From contig JACRHW010000016.1 of assembly GCA_016217555.1 (NCBI GenBank), positions 8,845 to 72,844 on the forward strand: DNA of 64,000 nt, written 5' to 3'. Of the stretch, positions 27,967-38,262 are shown in pieces (positions within the stretch are counted from its first letter, which is position 1; every line of letters begins with the position of its first letter). Both the position numbers and the translations under genes were made by a program. Source of the stretch: Parcubacteria group bacterium (GTDB lineage: Bacteria; Patescibacteriota; Minisyncoccia; UBA6257; JACRHW01). Under the pieces are notes generated by a model. It ran no database searches. It was given only the letters and a program-made list of their open reading frames with translations, and was not told the DNA's origin.

Positions 27967-29310
27967 ATGATCTCGGCCATCAAAAAAATAGTACATCTGG
28001 AATCGGGACGTATCAGCACTTCAGCTTTTATTGTGGGAATGGGGGTTCTCATCAATGGCATTCTCTCTGTCCTCAGAAACTCCCTTCTTGCTTCATTTTT
28101 TGGGGCCTCCACAAATCTTGATGCTTATTTTGCAGCCTTCCGCATTCCTGATCTTATCTTTGTGCTCATTATTACAGGGGCACTTTCTTCGATATTCATC
28201 CCACATTTTTCAAAATATCGGGCTGAATCACAGGAAAAAGCATGGGATTTTACTACAAAAATTATTAACGGTTATCTTCTTTTTAGTGCACTCCTCGCCG
28301 GTATCCTTTTTTGGCAAATGCCACTTCTTATGCACTGGCTTGTGCCCGGATTTGAAGCAGGAAAAATAGCTCTTGCAATCTATCTTGCTCGATTACTTCT
28401 TTTGCAGCCCATCCTTCTTGGTGTTTCTGCTATCATTGCGGGAGCACTCCAGTCTCTTGGTAAATTCTTCATCACAAGCTGTGCCCCTATTATTTATAAC
28501 CTCAGTATTATCTTTGGTATCGTCGTCCTCTCTCCGCGGTGGGGCATCCATGGTGTAGTGATGGGAGTTCTTATAGGAGCATGTCTTCACGTAATTCTTC
28601 AAACACTAGTACTTGTCGAATCAGGATTTCATCACAAACTACGCATTCTTTCATATAAAGAGACTGCAGATATTTCACGATTAGTACTTCCTCGATTTAT
28701 CAATATCCTCCTTATCCAAACCAACTTAGTCCTCACCTTACGTTTTGTGTCCCACCTCGAGACAGGTTCCATAGCACTCTTTAATTTTGCATTTGATATC
28801 TATAGTTATCCGATAAATCTCGTGATAACCTCCCTTATTACCGCAAGTTATCCCTTACTTGCAAAACGCTTTCACACATCACCGAAAGAGTTCAAATACC
28901 TTTTCTTACAAATCTTTGGTGCTATTATATTTTTTGCATCTGCCTTTTTCTTGCTATTTGCCTTTCTGGGCACTCCCATTGTAAAATACATTCTGCAACA
29001 CGGAGCATTACATCAACAATCAGCACAAGTAATAGGTCAAATACTTTTCTCGTTAAGCGTGGGTATCGTCGCAGGAGCTCTCCTTCCCTATTTAGTACGA
29101 ATATGTTTTATCCTCGAGGACACAACACTGCCACTACTCACAAGTCTCTTGAATACCGTACTCTATTTCTTTTTAGGCCCCTTATTTTTGACCCGCTATG
29201 GGGTAGGTGGAATTGCTCTAGCGCTTTCGCTATCCCTCTGGTGCGATGTTCTACTTCTCACAATACTCATTTTTATAAAAATATTTTTACCCCCAAAAAC
29301 CAAGAACTAA
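27967..29310 (+). CDS. murJ: MurJ/MviN-family lipid II flippase
   Basis: FGAS..LDAYFAAFRIPD, GALSSIFIP; many TM segments. Confidence 0.88.
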   Translation: MISAIKKIVHLESGRISTSAFIVGMGVLINGILSVLRNSLLASFFGASTNLDAYFAAFRIPDLIFVLIITGALSSIFIPHFSKYRAESQEKAWDFTTKIINGYLLFSALLAGILFWQMPLLMHWLVPGFEAGKIALAIYLARLLLLQPILLGVSAIIAGALQSLGKFFITSCAPIIYNLSIIFGIVVLSPRWGIHGVVMGVLIGACLHVILQTLVLVESGFHHKLRILSYKETADISRLVLPRFINILLIQTNLVLTLRFVSHLETGSIALFNFAFDIYSYPINLVITSLITASYPLLAKRFHTSPKEFKYLFLQIFGAIIFFASAFFLLFAFLGTPIVKYILQHGALHQQSAQVIGQILFSLSVGIVAGALLPYLVRICFILEDTTLPLLTSLLNTVLYFFLGPLFLTRYGVGGIALALSLSLWCDVLLLTILIFIKIFLPPKTKN

Positions 29311-29322
29311 CCCTTTGTTTAT

Positions 29323-31230
29323 ATGACTTCACGTGAAATTAGAGAAAAGTTTATTAGCTTTTTTAAGGAAAGGGGGCATATCCAAATCCCTTCTTCTTCG
29401 CTTATTCCTATGGGGGATGTAACTACGCTTTTTACGGGTTCGGGAATGCAGCCCCTTATTAAATATCTCTTAGGGGATCCGCACCCAGAGGGAAAACGTC
29501 TTACCAATTCACAGAAGAGTTTTCGAGCAGAAGATATTGATGAGGTTGGTGACAATCGCCACACCACCTTTTTTGAAATGCTCGGAAATTGGTCGTTGGG
29601 TGATTACTTTAAAAAAGAGCAGCTACGTTGGTTTTTTGAATTTTTAACCAATGAGGTAACACTTGATCCCGACAAACTTTATGTAACTGTTTTTTACGGA
29701 GATAAAGAAAACAACATTCCCCGCGACACTGGCTCAATCGACATCTGGCAAGAACTTTTTAAAGAACAGGGGATTGAAGCAAAAGCTATCGAACTTATTA
29801 CAGAAGAGCATGGTGGAGAAGTTGGTATGCAGGGTGGACGTATTTTTTACTATGATGCCAAAAAGAATTGGTGGAGCAGGGCAGGGATACCCGCCAAAAT
29901 GCCCGCACACGAGCCGGGAGGGCCTGATTCTGAGGTATTCTATGAATTCACATCAATAGAGCATAATCCCTCGTTTGGAGTGTATTGTCACCCTAACTGT
30001 GACTGCGGACGCTTTATGGAGATTGGGAATTCTGTCTTCATGGAGTACATCAAGAACGAAGATGGTACCTTTTCAAAACTCGTTCAACAAAATGTAGATT
30101 TTGGAGGAGGACTTGAAAGGATAACTGCCGCGTCACAAAACGATCCCGATATTTTTAACATCGATATTTTAAAACCACTTATTGAAGCCATACGTGCTCA
30201 TGCAAAAAATTCCAACATCCACTCCGAGCGTATTGTAGCCGATCATGTACGCGCAAGTATCTTCTTGATTAGCGATGGCGTAACACCTTCAAATAAAGAA
30301 CGGGGATATCTCCTGCGTCGACTTATTCGTCGCGCCGTAACCCATGGACAATATCTTATTGGTCTACCCAATGGTTTCCTTAGTACCACCATCGATACGC
30401 TTATTGCCGCGTATGCTGATGTATACCCAGAACTCGTTACTAATAAAAGCGTGATCAAGCAGGTATTCACAAAGGAACAATCCGCCTTCGAAAAGACCTA
30501 TCACAATGGCATAAAAACATTTGAAACTATTGCGCGAGAACAAAACACTATTTCTGGAGCGGATGCCTTCGCTCTTCTTGCAACTCACGGATTTCCTATA
30601 GAACTTACAGAGGAGCTTGCCAAACATGCAGGGAAAACGGTTGATCGTATCAGGTTTCAAGAAGAGATAGAACGCCACAAAGAGATTTCAAAAGCAGGAC
30701 AAGAAAAGAAGTTTGGAGGACACGGTCTTATCCTTGATACCGGAGAACTTAAGGCAAGTACCCCCGAAGAGGTTCAGAAGGTTACTCGGCTTCATACGGC
30801 AACTCATCTCATGCAACAAGCCCTCCGAGACGTACTAGGAAACTCGGTACATCAAATGGGGTCAGACATAACACCAGAGCGAACACGTTTTGATTTTTCT
30901 TTTGAGAGAAAACTCACCCCAGAAGAAATAAAAAAAGTGGAAGAAAAAGTTAATGAAATAGTGGCAAAAGATCTTCCTATACAATACAAGGAGATGAAAA
31001 AAGAAGATGCTGAAAAAACAGGAGCACTCTTCTTTTTTGGAGAAAAATATCCAAAAACCGTGAAAGTGTACTTTGCAGGAAACACCCTCGAAGATGCCTA
31101 TAGCAAAGAGTTTTGTGGGGGACCACATGTAACCCATACAGGGGAGGTAGGCACATTCAAAATCCTCAAAGAAGAAGCCTCCAGCGCCGGCGTCCGTCGC
31201 CTCCGCGCTATAGTATTTGACATATTATAA
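29323..31230 (+). CDS. alaS: Alanine--tRNA ligase, short form lacking C-Ala
   Basis: LFTGSGMQP, HTTFFEMLGNWSLGDYFK, GGGLER, HTATHL, EFCGGPHV, SAGVRR at the C-terminus. Confidence 0.96.
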   Translation: MTSREIREKFISFFKERGHIQIPSSSLIPMGDVTTLFTGSGMQPLIKYLLGDPHPEGKRLTNSQKSFRAEDIDEVGDNRHTTFFEMLGNWSLGDYFKKEQLRWFFEFLTNEVTLDPDKLYVTVFYGDKENNIPRDTGSIDIWQELFKEQGIEAKAIELITEEHGGEVGMQGGRIFYYDAKKNWWSRAGIPAKMPAHEPGGPDSEVFYEFTSIEHNPSFGVYCHPNCDCGRFMEIGNSVFMEYIKNEDGTFSKLVQQNVDFGGGLERITAASQNDPDIFNIDILKPLIEAIRAHAKNSNIHSERIVADHVRASIFLISDGVTPSNKERGYLLRRLIRRAVTHGQYLIGLPNGFLSTTIDTLIAAYADVYPELVTNKSVIKQVFTKEQSAFEKTYHNGIKTFETIAREQNTISGADAFALLATHGFPIELTEELAKHAGKTVDRIRFQEEIERHKEISKAGQEKKFGGHGLILDTGELKASTPEEVQKVTRLHTATHLMQQALRDVLGNSVHQMGSDITPERTRFDFSFERKLTPEEIKKVEEKVNEIVAKDLPIQYKEMKKEDAEKTGALFFFGEKYPKTVKVYFAGNTLEDAYSKEFCGGPHVTHTGEVGTFKILKEEASSAGVRRLRAIVFDIL

Positions 31231-31273
31231 ATTTAATGCTATAATCACAGCAGAAAACTGGAGGAGGTTACTT

Positions 31274-31516
31274 ATGGAAAATTATCGTGATGAACGGGTT
31301 CTGTATCAGGCAATTCACGACGAAGGAAAAATAAATCCTAATCTGGTATGCGCTTCTTCGTTTTCACAAGCGATACAGATAAGTCCGGATAGGGTATTTT
31401 TCAAAATGCAGTTTTATGGACAAATGGGGATGGGTCTTTCAGAAAAAGAGCTCCTTACCATTCCGCAGGCGCGAAGCAGGGTGTTGTCAACCTCGAGTGC
31501 ATACGAGTTGGGTTGA
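31274..31516 (+). CDS. Hypothetical protein (possibly frameshifted; an overlapping frame runs to 31619)
   Basis: Strong SD GGAGGAGG before ATG 31274; TATAAT upstream. Confidence 0.45.
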   Translation: MENYRDERVLYQAIHDEGKINPNLVCASSFSQAIQISPDRVFFKMQFYGQMGMGLSEKELLTIPQARSRVLSTSSAYELG

Positions 31517-31597
31517 CAACGGAGTGCCTGCGGATGAGTTCGGATACCGCTGGGTATCCGAACGTGTGAGGAATATATGTGTTGTGATTCAAAACTA

Positions 31598-33355
31598 CTA
31601 CAAGCCCTCCAGTGTATAAACTTGTAGCGGCTCTTTGCGACCCTTTACGGATACCGCGCCCATTGGTTTGAAGGCGTATTTGCCTTTGATTTTATTTTTT
31701 GCGCTTTCTCCTATAAGAAGTGTGGTGTGAAGTTCCTTGTTTACCCCCTCGAGGCGAGAGGCGACGTTTACGGTATCCCCAATAACGGTATATTCCATTC
31801 TGATCTCCGATCCCACATTCCCAATAATGACAGGTCCCGTATAAATTCCAATACCAAACCTAATTTCTTTTATACCTTCGGCTCTGAGCTCTTCATTGAA
31901 TTTTTTTAATCGCTCGATCATGCCAAGTGCTGCCTCTATGGCGTGATCTGCATTATCAGGGTCATCCATAGGAGCACCCCAATACGCCATCACCGCATCT
32001 CCAATATATTTATCGAGAACACCCTTGTGTTTTAAAATTTCATCGGTCATTGCGGTGAGGTATCTATTTAACACACGAATAAGTTCTTTTGGTGTTACCG
32101 TCTCAGAAAATGTAGTGTAGCCTCTAATGTCGGAAAACAATATGGTAACCTCTTTCTCCTCGCCCCCCAAAGAAACCTTGTCAGGATTTTTGATAATATA
32201 TTCGAGTACGTCCGTGGCAACATATTTTGAAAACATTTTTCGCATTTCACGTCGTTCTCGTTCGGTCGTAAAATAGGTGTATCCAAAAAGCGAAAGTGTG
32301 GAAAAAATCCAGCCAAGATTGAGGTGAATAATATTTGCCACCAAGCCATTTTCAAAAAGAAGTATGGCAATAGTGGTATGTATTCCACCCAATACTACGT
32401 TCACAAGAAGAGGACGTGAGACGCCCTTAAAACGTCGGAACACCAAAACAGGGAGAAGGATGGTAATAATAATCCAGATTTGCATCGCTTTCGTAGCTAT
32501 GGGCACAAGGCTGTACCCACGAGAGAGCATATTAATAATATTTGCCTGTATCTCAACCCCTGGCATCTCGATACCTCGTGATAGGGGAGTAAGCTTTGTA
32601 TCGTGTAGATCGGGAGCGGTGGCACCGATAAGGATAATTTTATTTTGAAGTGCAGAAATAATAGTGCCATCCTCCAGCACATCAGAAATATGCCTTCTTA
32701 CAATCGTACCGGGTGCTCTTGAATAAACGATACGCGATGTTGCCCCAAACACTCTTTCGCTAGGAAGAGTCTTTTGAATTCTTGAAAGCACCTCATAACC
32801 AAAGGCACGTACTTTATCCCCCTCGTGCAAAAGAATGTTGATAGGGATCCTACGTACAATACCATCGGGATCTAAAATAAGATTAGTGTGTCCGATTGTT
32901 ACGTTTGGAGATGCAAGAAAAGAGGGAAGAGGGGGGCGTAATATCCCCGCACGAGGCAACATTCCACTATCTAACAAAAGCGGGTCCGCCTCCGCCGACA
33001 ATATAACTGGATATGATGTGGAAGCAAGTGCTGTCGCTAATACCGCATCATCAAATTCACCAAGACGAGACCTTTCCAAAAATGCGACATCTACTCCCAC
33101 CGCCTTCGGATGAGCACTCTCCAAAATTTTTAATATGTGCGCATAAATCTCTCTCGGCCATGGCCACTGGCCTATACGACCAATCGAATCGCTATCGATG
33201 GCAAGAATAACGATATCATTATTGAATGGTTTTGTTGTAACAAGAATGTCTTCGAGGGAGTTTTCGAATTTCGTAAATAAACCATAAGAAAAAGAACCCT
33301 CTACAATGAGAATAACGCATGCCACGATTCCAAACAAAAGAAGACTCTTCTTCAT
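31598..33355 (-). CDS. CHASE2-domain class III adenylate cyclase
   Basis: IGQWPWPR, DPDGIVRR, MPGVEIQA (CHASE2); three TMs; FSDIRGYT, DKYIGDAVMA, YTVIGDTVNVASRLE. Confidence 0.94.
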   Translation of the reverse strand: MKKSLLLFGIVACVILIVEGSFSYGLFTKFENSLEDILVTTKPFNNDIVILAIDSDSIGRIGQWPWPREIYAHILKILESAHPKAVGVDVAFLERSRLGEFDDAVLATALASTSYPVILSAEADPLLLDSGMLPRAGILRPPLPSFLASPNVTIGHTNLILDPDGIVRRIPINILLHEGDKVRAFGYEVLSRIQKTLPSERVFGATSRIVYSRAPGTIVRRHISDVLEDGTIISALQNKIILIGATAPDLHDTKLTPLSRGIEMPGVEIQANIINMLSRGYSLVPIATKAMQIWIIITILLPVLVFRRFKGVSRPLLVNVVLGGIHTTIAILLFENGLVANIIHLNLGWIFSTLSLFGYTYFTTERERREMRKMFSKYVATDVLEYIIKNPDKVSLGGEEKEVTILFSDIRGYTTFSETVTPKELIRVLNRYLTAMTDEILKHKGVLDKYIGDAVMAYWGAPMDDPDNADHAIEAALGMIERLKKFNEELRAEGIKEIRFGIGIYTGPVIIGNVGSEIRMEYTVIGDTVNVASRLEGVNKELHTTLLIGESAKNKIKGKYAFKPMGAVSVKGRKEPLQVYTLEGL

Positions 33356-33366
33356 TTTTAAGTATG

Positions 33367-34605
33367 CTAATCTATTGCTCCTGGTGGGATGGGTGTCTCA
33401 GGAATAAAAACTTTTAAGATTTGAGTTTGTGCCCTAAAGATACTTCCTGTTACTTGATCTTTCCATGAAGCGGTGATAAATCCCTCCCCGGAACCCGTTT
33501 GTTCCGAAGAATTTTCATCGAGTTGAGCAGTAAACACGCCCTGCTTTGTTATAGTACCGATGGAAACGTTTGACGAGGTTCGCACTCTCCATTCTACCTC
33601 CCCCGTTACATCACGATCCTGTCCACTCGAATCAGTTCTGACGAGAAAGGCCTTGAAGGAGACAGAAGAATCAACAGGTATCTCTTTATTAGGATCGTTG
33701 TGTTCATATGAAATACGAAGTGCTTTAAATTCAGGGACAATTTCAGAAGACGAGGTTGTTGCTGTATTATTTTCTTGTTTTATTACTGGCTGATTAGCCT
33801 GGTTATTAATAATATTCTGTCTAAAGTCATTGGAACTTGGAGATAGACCTTCTTGCTCGATTTTTGTCTTTATATCCTTCTGTGAAGATTCTTCAACCCA
33901 CACCCCAACATCCTTCGGTGCGTCTTTAATATCCTGAACAACTACAAGTTGTCCTACGGGTTCATTGTTTTCCACTACTCGCTGGACAATTTCATCTGTA
34001 AGTACTGTTGTTTTATGTTCTTCAATAACCGCAACATCCTTTCTTACAACAACCCCTTTATTCACCATACCCACACTCACCTTATGTTCTCCTCCCACAA
34101 CGCGTGATTGTTTGGTTTTTGGATCATACGCCATACCAAAAGCAGTACCACGCACCGTAGCAACAGCATTAGATGTCTTCACCTCCCATGTGGATTCTGG
34201 GGTAGCAAGAGAGAAAATTTTAGACCACACTCTTCCTATTAAAAGCTGAACCTTAACCACAAGAGCCTTGGACTTAGGGTCATACGAAGCTGCATCTATT
34301 GTAATCTTTGTTCCCGTGTCCAGCCTGGCAACTGAACCATCGGGAAAATAAATATTAGCTTCACCACCCTTCTTGACTTCGACAAGTGCACCCGCGTCGA
34401 CTTCATCTCCTGTTTTGAGTTCTCTCTTCACGCTTCCATCTGCACTTGAGACAAAAACAGAAGGAGCAACTACCTCTACCCATGGCTTGAGAAGAGGTTG
34501 TTCGATGGCTTGTTGCCCCTTGTGTAATGACGTATATCCCATCCACCCAAGCCCAAACACTATTGCGAGGATACCTATTCCAATACCTATTTTTTTAAAT
34601 GACAT
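33367..34605 (-). CDS. FecR-domain membrane-anchored protein with C-terminal Ig-like region
   Basis: N-terminal TM; FPDGSVARLD, EVKTSNAVATVRGTAF. Confidence 0.85.
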   Translation of the reverse strand: MSFKKIGIGIGILAIVFGLGWMGYTSLHKGQQAIEQPLLKPWVEVVAPSVFVSSADGSVKRELKTGDEVDAGALVEVKKGGEANIYFPDGSVARLDTGTKITIDAASYDPKSKALVVKVQLLIGRVWSKIFSLATPESTWEVKTSNAVATVRGTAFGMAYDPKTKQSRVVGGEHKVSVGMVNKGVVVRKDVAVIEEHKTTVLTDEIVQRVVENNEPVGQLVVVQDIKDAPKDVGVWVEESSQKDIKTKIEQEGLSPSSNDFRQNIINNQANQPVIKQENNTATTSSSEIVPEFKALRISYEHNDPNKEIPVDSSVSFKAFLVRTDSSGQDRDVTGEVEWRVRTSSNVSIGTITKQGVFTAQLDENSSEQTGSGEGFITASWKDQVTGSIFRAQTQILKVFIPETPIPPGAID

Positions 34606-34617
34606 GGTTATGATGAG

Positions 34618-35103
34618 TTACTTAATTCCCAAAAGTTCTACCTCAAACGTAAGTGTTGCCTTGGGTGGAATTGCTCCAGGAGCTCCACGATCCCCATAAG
34701 CGAGAGAAGGGGGAATTACTAATTTTCTTTTTCCACCAATCTTCATTCCAAGAACACCCTCATCCCACCCCTTGATAACCTGCCCAGCACCCAAAACAAA
34801 AGAAAAAGGTTGACCTCTCTCATATGAACTATCGAATTGCACCCCATCAGCAAGAACTCCTCGATAATTAACAACTGCAGTATTCCAAAGAGAAATTTCC
34901 TTTCCCGTTCCTACAACAAGATCTTCTTTAACAAGTTTAGGCTCCTCAACCTTCTTTACCTCCTTAGGTTCTGTAGAGCTCACCGTAGAGGTTGCGGTAC
35001 TTCCTAAATCTTTTTTTTGCACCACTTGTGGTGAGCGAAGTCGAACCACAAAGATAAGAGCGAGAATAAGAGCAATAAAAAGAATAAGATATGTTTTATT
35101 CAT
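34618..35103 (-). CDS. FKBP-type peptidyl-prolyl isomerase, membrane-anchored
   Basis: [35 protein letters not shown]. Confidence 0.95.
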   Translation of the reverse strand: MNKTYLILFIALILALIFVVRLRSPQVVQKKDLGSTATSTVSSTEPKEVKKVEEPKLVKEDLVVGTGKEISLWNTAVVNYRGVLADGVQFDSSYERGQPFSFVLGAGQVIKGWDEGVLGMKIGGKRKLVIPPSLAYGDRGAPGAIPPKATLTFEVELLGIK

Positions 35104-35210
35104 AAATAGATAATTTTTTATTAGTTGCTTTATTATACTATAAAGAATATTTTGTTTCCACGCAATAAAAAACCGGCAATTGCCGCCGGGATACTATGTT
35201 ACATTATTGA

Positions 35211-35435
35211 TTATTGACTGAAATTCAGTTCGTCTGGTCTTCGATTATGTCCATAATTTACAAGACCACCATTTTCCTTCTTCTCAACAAGAAGACCCCC
35301 TGCTCGCAACCTATTACAAATAATCTTTTCAAGACTTACTCCACATAGTCCGGAATCGATTTGCGCTTGATGCTCTTTCAGGGCTTCACAAACGATTTTT
35401 TCAGCTTCACCACATGTTTCTTGGTTTTTCATCAT
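35211..35435 (-). CDS. Small hypothetical protein
   Basis: SD GAAAGGAGGTGA before ATG. Confidence 0.55.
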   Translation of the reverse strand: MMKNQETCGEAEKIVCEALKEHQAQIDSGLCGVSLEKIICNRLRAGGLLVEKKENGGLVNYGHNRRPDELNFSQ

Positions 35436-35456
35436 ATCACCTCCTTTCGTTCTAGG

Positions 35457-35741
35457 TTACCAAAGGGCATAGGGGGTATTAGACCTTCCCCGTACCACCT
35501 TATATTCAAAATCTGTCCTTCCAAGAACGTACTCTATCAACTCACGAGCGTGTTGACCCTCGAGAGCAAGACGGCAAGAGGAGGGGTCGTCGCTATTACA
35601 GCAACTAGAGTAATATACATTGACTCCTCCAATAATTCTTGCCAGCAACTTAATGCAAGAATAGGCGATTCCCCCAAACGGTTGAAAACGAATCAACGTA
35701 TATGTTTTTTCCTCAATGTCTAGCTGCTCTTGCCTAACCAT
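35457..35741 (-). CDS. Small hypothetical protein
   Basis: SD AAAGGGAGGT before ATG 35741. Confidence 0.5.
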   Translation of the reverse strand: MVRQEQLDIEEKTYTLIRFQPFGGIAYSCIKLLARIIGGVNVYYSSCCNSDDPSSCRLALEGQHARELIEYVLGRTDFEYKVVRGRSNTPYALW

Positions 35742-35846
35742 CTTGTTACCTCCCTTTGTGCTGTTGTGAGAATAGCACAATAGCCATATTATGTCAAAAA
35801 AAACTGTGGATTGTACTACACAACAGTTATCTGATAAAATAAAGGC

Positions 35847-37226
35847 ATGCTAGACAACGATAAAGAACATCTCATCTTCGACATAAAACCAAAACATATG
35901 GGGGAAAGGGCAGAAACCCCCATTGAGGAGCTTTATAAAGAAGAGGAGCAGGAAGAGACACATAAAAAATTGGGTTTTTTAAGTCGGCTTCGTAAAAAAG
36001 AAAAACCAACAACAAAAGAAAAGAAATCGAAAACGAAACCTGAACCTGAACCAGAACTCGAGGAAGAAGAACAGGAAGAAACCATCCCAGAAAAAAAATC
36101 CTATAAAAAAATCCTTATCATCACTTCGATCTTCATCGTAGGTTTTGTCATCCTTTACATAGGAACGGCGGTACTTCCAAAGGCAATGCTCACCATTCAC
36201 GCAAAGCGAGTAGAAAAATCGATAAAAGCCGCAGCCACAGCTTCGACAGAAATAACTTCGGTAGATATTGAAAATCAAAAAATTCCGGCACGTGTCTTCG
36301 TCTTCAAACGCACTCTCACAAAGGAGTACCCAACAAGTAAACAAACGGTAACCCAAAAAGCAACAGGGGTTATTACCATCTATAATGCGTATTCGGGCGC
36401 CTCCCAAAGACTGGTTGCAACAACCCGTTTCCGTTCTCCTAATGGGAAAATTTTTAGAATAAATACAAGCGTGACAATACCGGGGGCAAAGATAGGTGGT
36501 GGAAGTATAACCCCCTCCTCAATTGACGTTCCCGTTACTGCCGACAAACCTGGTGCTGAATACAATATGGAACCCACGACGTTTACCATTCCTGGATTTG
36601 AAGGATCGCCAAAATATAAAGGATTTTATGGGAAATCCGCTAGGGCAATGGCGGGAGGATCGCAGGGTAATGCACAAGGAGTAAATGATTTGGATATCCA
36701 AAAAGGAAAGGCGGATCTTGTGCAAGGCGCAAAAGAACTTCTGATGACCGAACTTACAGAAAAATCAAAAGGATATATTTTTATGGATGGGGCCACCGTC
36801 TATAAAGTCGCGGGCGCATCTACAAATCATAAATTAGGAGAATTGGCGCCCACGTTTCAACTTACAGGAACCGTGGAATTACGTGCTATAGGTTTTAAAG
36901 AAGATGATGTAAAAATACTTGCAAAAAAATTACTCGAAGCACAACCGGACGCAAAAGAATTTATCGATCTGTCCATTACCTATGGCACCTTGCGCGTAAA
37001 TGACAATATTACCCTTGCAGCCTTTTCTTACGATGCAACATCCGCTATGCGAGAAAAGATAGATACCGAAGAATTAAAAACGCGTATTAGAGGAAAGGGA
37101 ATGAGTGAGATGAAAAGCATCCTGGCAAAATACGACTCCATAGCAAACGCAAAGGTGTCCCTCTGGCCCTTCTGGGTAACAAGCGTGCCCACTAATAAGG
37201 ACAAAATAGGAGTAACTATTGATTAG
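35847..37226 (+). CDS. Membrane-anchored protein with baseplate J/gp47-like domain (CPR type)
   Basis: Charged N-terminus, one TM, KATGVITIYN, TTRF, VTADKPGAEYN, AMAGG, LWPFWV. Confidence 0.8.
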   Translation: MLDNDKEHLIFDIKPKHMGERAETPIEELYKEEEQEETHKKLGFLSRLRKKEKPTTKEKKSKTKPEPEPELEEEEQEETIPEKKSYKKILIITSIFIVGFVILYIGTAVLPKAMLTIHAKRVEKSIKAAATASTEITSVDIENQKIPARVFVFKRTLTKEYPTSKQTVTQKATGVITIYNAYSGASQRLVATTRFRSPNGKIFRINTSVTIPGAKIGGGSITPSSIDVPVTADKPGAEYNMEPTTFTIPGFEGSPKYKGFYGKSARAMAGGSQGNAQGVNDLDIQKGKADLVQGAKELLMTELTEKSKGYIFMDGATVYKVAGASTNHKLGELAPTFQLTGTVELRAIGFKEDDVKILAKKLLEAQPDAKEFIDLSITYGTLRVNDNITLAAFSYDATSAMREKIDTEELKTRIRGKGMSEMKSILAKYDSIANAKVSLWPFWVTSVPTNKDKIGVTID

Positions 37227-37347
37227 GACCCACGCATTCGGCGCATTACTTCGTCAAACGCTGTGGTACTCAACGCAGTACTTCTTATGTACAGCTTATT
37301 CCGTTTCTCGCGTTTTCCTCATACTGCATCCGAATGCGTGGGTCCTA
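37224..37347 (+). repeat. CTTCGT-core palindromic element, copy 3; includes the upstream TAG stop
   Basis: Perfect 18-bp IR TAGGACCCACGCATTCGG/CCGAATGCGTGGGTCCTA. Confidence 0.8.
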
Positions 37348-37453
37348 TTGACTAATTACCGGTATTTGATTACCATATCTAAGTGGTATTGAGAAGCTTG
37401 GCTAAGGCTTTTTCTTTTTACAAAGCCAGTGCCTCGTTTTTTCCTCCATTTCT

Positions 37454-37660
37454 ATGCAAAAAAAAACAGTTGAAGGTGTCGTAGAAGAGGCCCTGCCCGC
37501 AGGCACATTTCGTGTCCGTTTAGGTGCCGATTCAACTATCTTGGCCCACCTCTCAGGTAAAATGAGAATTTACTATATTAAAGTAATTCCTGGCGACTAC
37601 GTAACGGTAGAGTTAAGCCCCTACGACGAAACAAAAGGAAGAATCATAAAACGCAGATAA
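37454..37660 (+). CDS. infA: Translation initiation factor IF-1
   Basis: [28 protein letters not shown]. Confidence 0.97.
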   Translation: MQKKTVEGVVEEALPAGTFRVRLGADSTILAHLSGKMRIYYIKVIPGDYVTVELSPYDETKGRIIKRR

Positions 37661-37753
37661 GAGATAACTTACAGATTTTAGCTACTAGCTTCTAGGAAAC
37701 ATAATCTAGCTAATCCCTAATTTCCTAAAAGCTAACAGCTAAAAGCTAACTTT
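37661..37753. repeat. Heptamer-arm (TTAGCT/AGCTAA) element
   Basis: ttagctactagcttctagg...cctaaaagctaacagctaaaagctaa. Confidence 0.75.
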
Positions 37754-37867
37754 ATGCATGTACGCGCATCAGTAAAAAAGGTTTGTCAGAAATGTAAACT
37801 TGTGCGAAGAAAGGGTCGTCTTCGTGTTACATGCGCTATTCCAAAACATAAACAACGACAAGGCTAA
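37754..37867 (+). CDS. rpmJ: 50S ribosomal protein L36 (below ORF-track cutoff)
   Basis: [37 protein letters not shown]. Confidence 0.97.
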   Translation: MHVRASVKKVCQKCKLVRRKGRLRVTCAIPKHKQRQG

Positions 37868-37872
37868 CTTAT

Positions 37873-38259
37873 ATGGCACGTATTAGTGGAGTTAATCTCC
37901 CGGAACTAAAAAATATAGAAATTGCACTTACCTATGTATATGGTATTGGATCCCATCTTTCCAAAAAGATACTTTTAAAGGCGGGTGTTGAACCAAGAAA
38001 AAAAGTGAAAGACCTTGATGCTAGAGAAGTAAAAGCTCTTCAAGATGCCATAGAAAGTAAATATAAGACCGAGAATGATTTAAGGAGGGAGGTAAAAACA
38101 AATATTAAGCGTCTTAAGGATATCGGATCCTACCGAGGCGTGCGCCATTCGAAACATCTTCCTACCCGAGGACAAAGAACAAAAACAAACTCAAGAACAG
38201 TACGAGGAAACGTACGTAAGACAGTCGGAAGTGGTCGCAGAAAAGTTGATCTCAAATAA
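37873..38259 (+). CDS. rpsM: 30S ribosomal protein S13
   Basis: MARISGV, ALTYVYGIG, YRGVRH..LPTRGQRTKTN. Confidence 0.98.
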   Translation: MARISGVNLPELKNIEIALTYVYGIGSHLSKKILLKAGVEPRKKVKDLDAREVKALQDAIESKYKTENDLRREVKTNIKRLKDIGSYRGVRHSKHLPTRGQRTKTNSRTVRGNVRKTVGSGRRKVDLK

Positions 38260-38262
38260 ACT

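Noticed and set aside
35847-37226. Prophage or contractile-tail locus
   Set aside because: Only a single baseplate-J-like gene, membrane-anchored, with no capsid, terminase, sheath or integrase nearby
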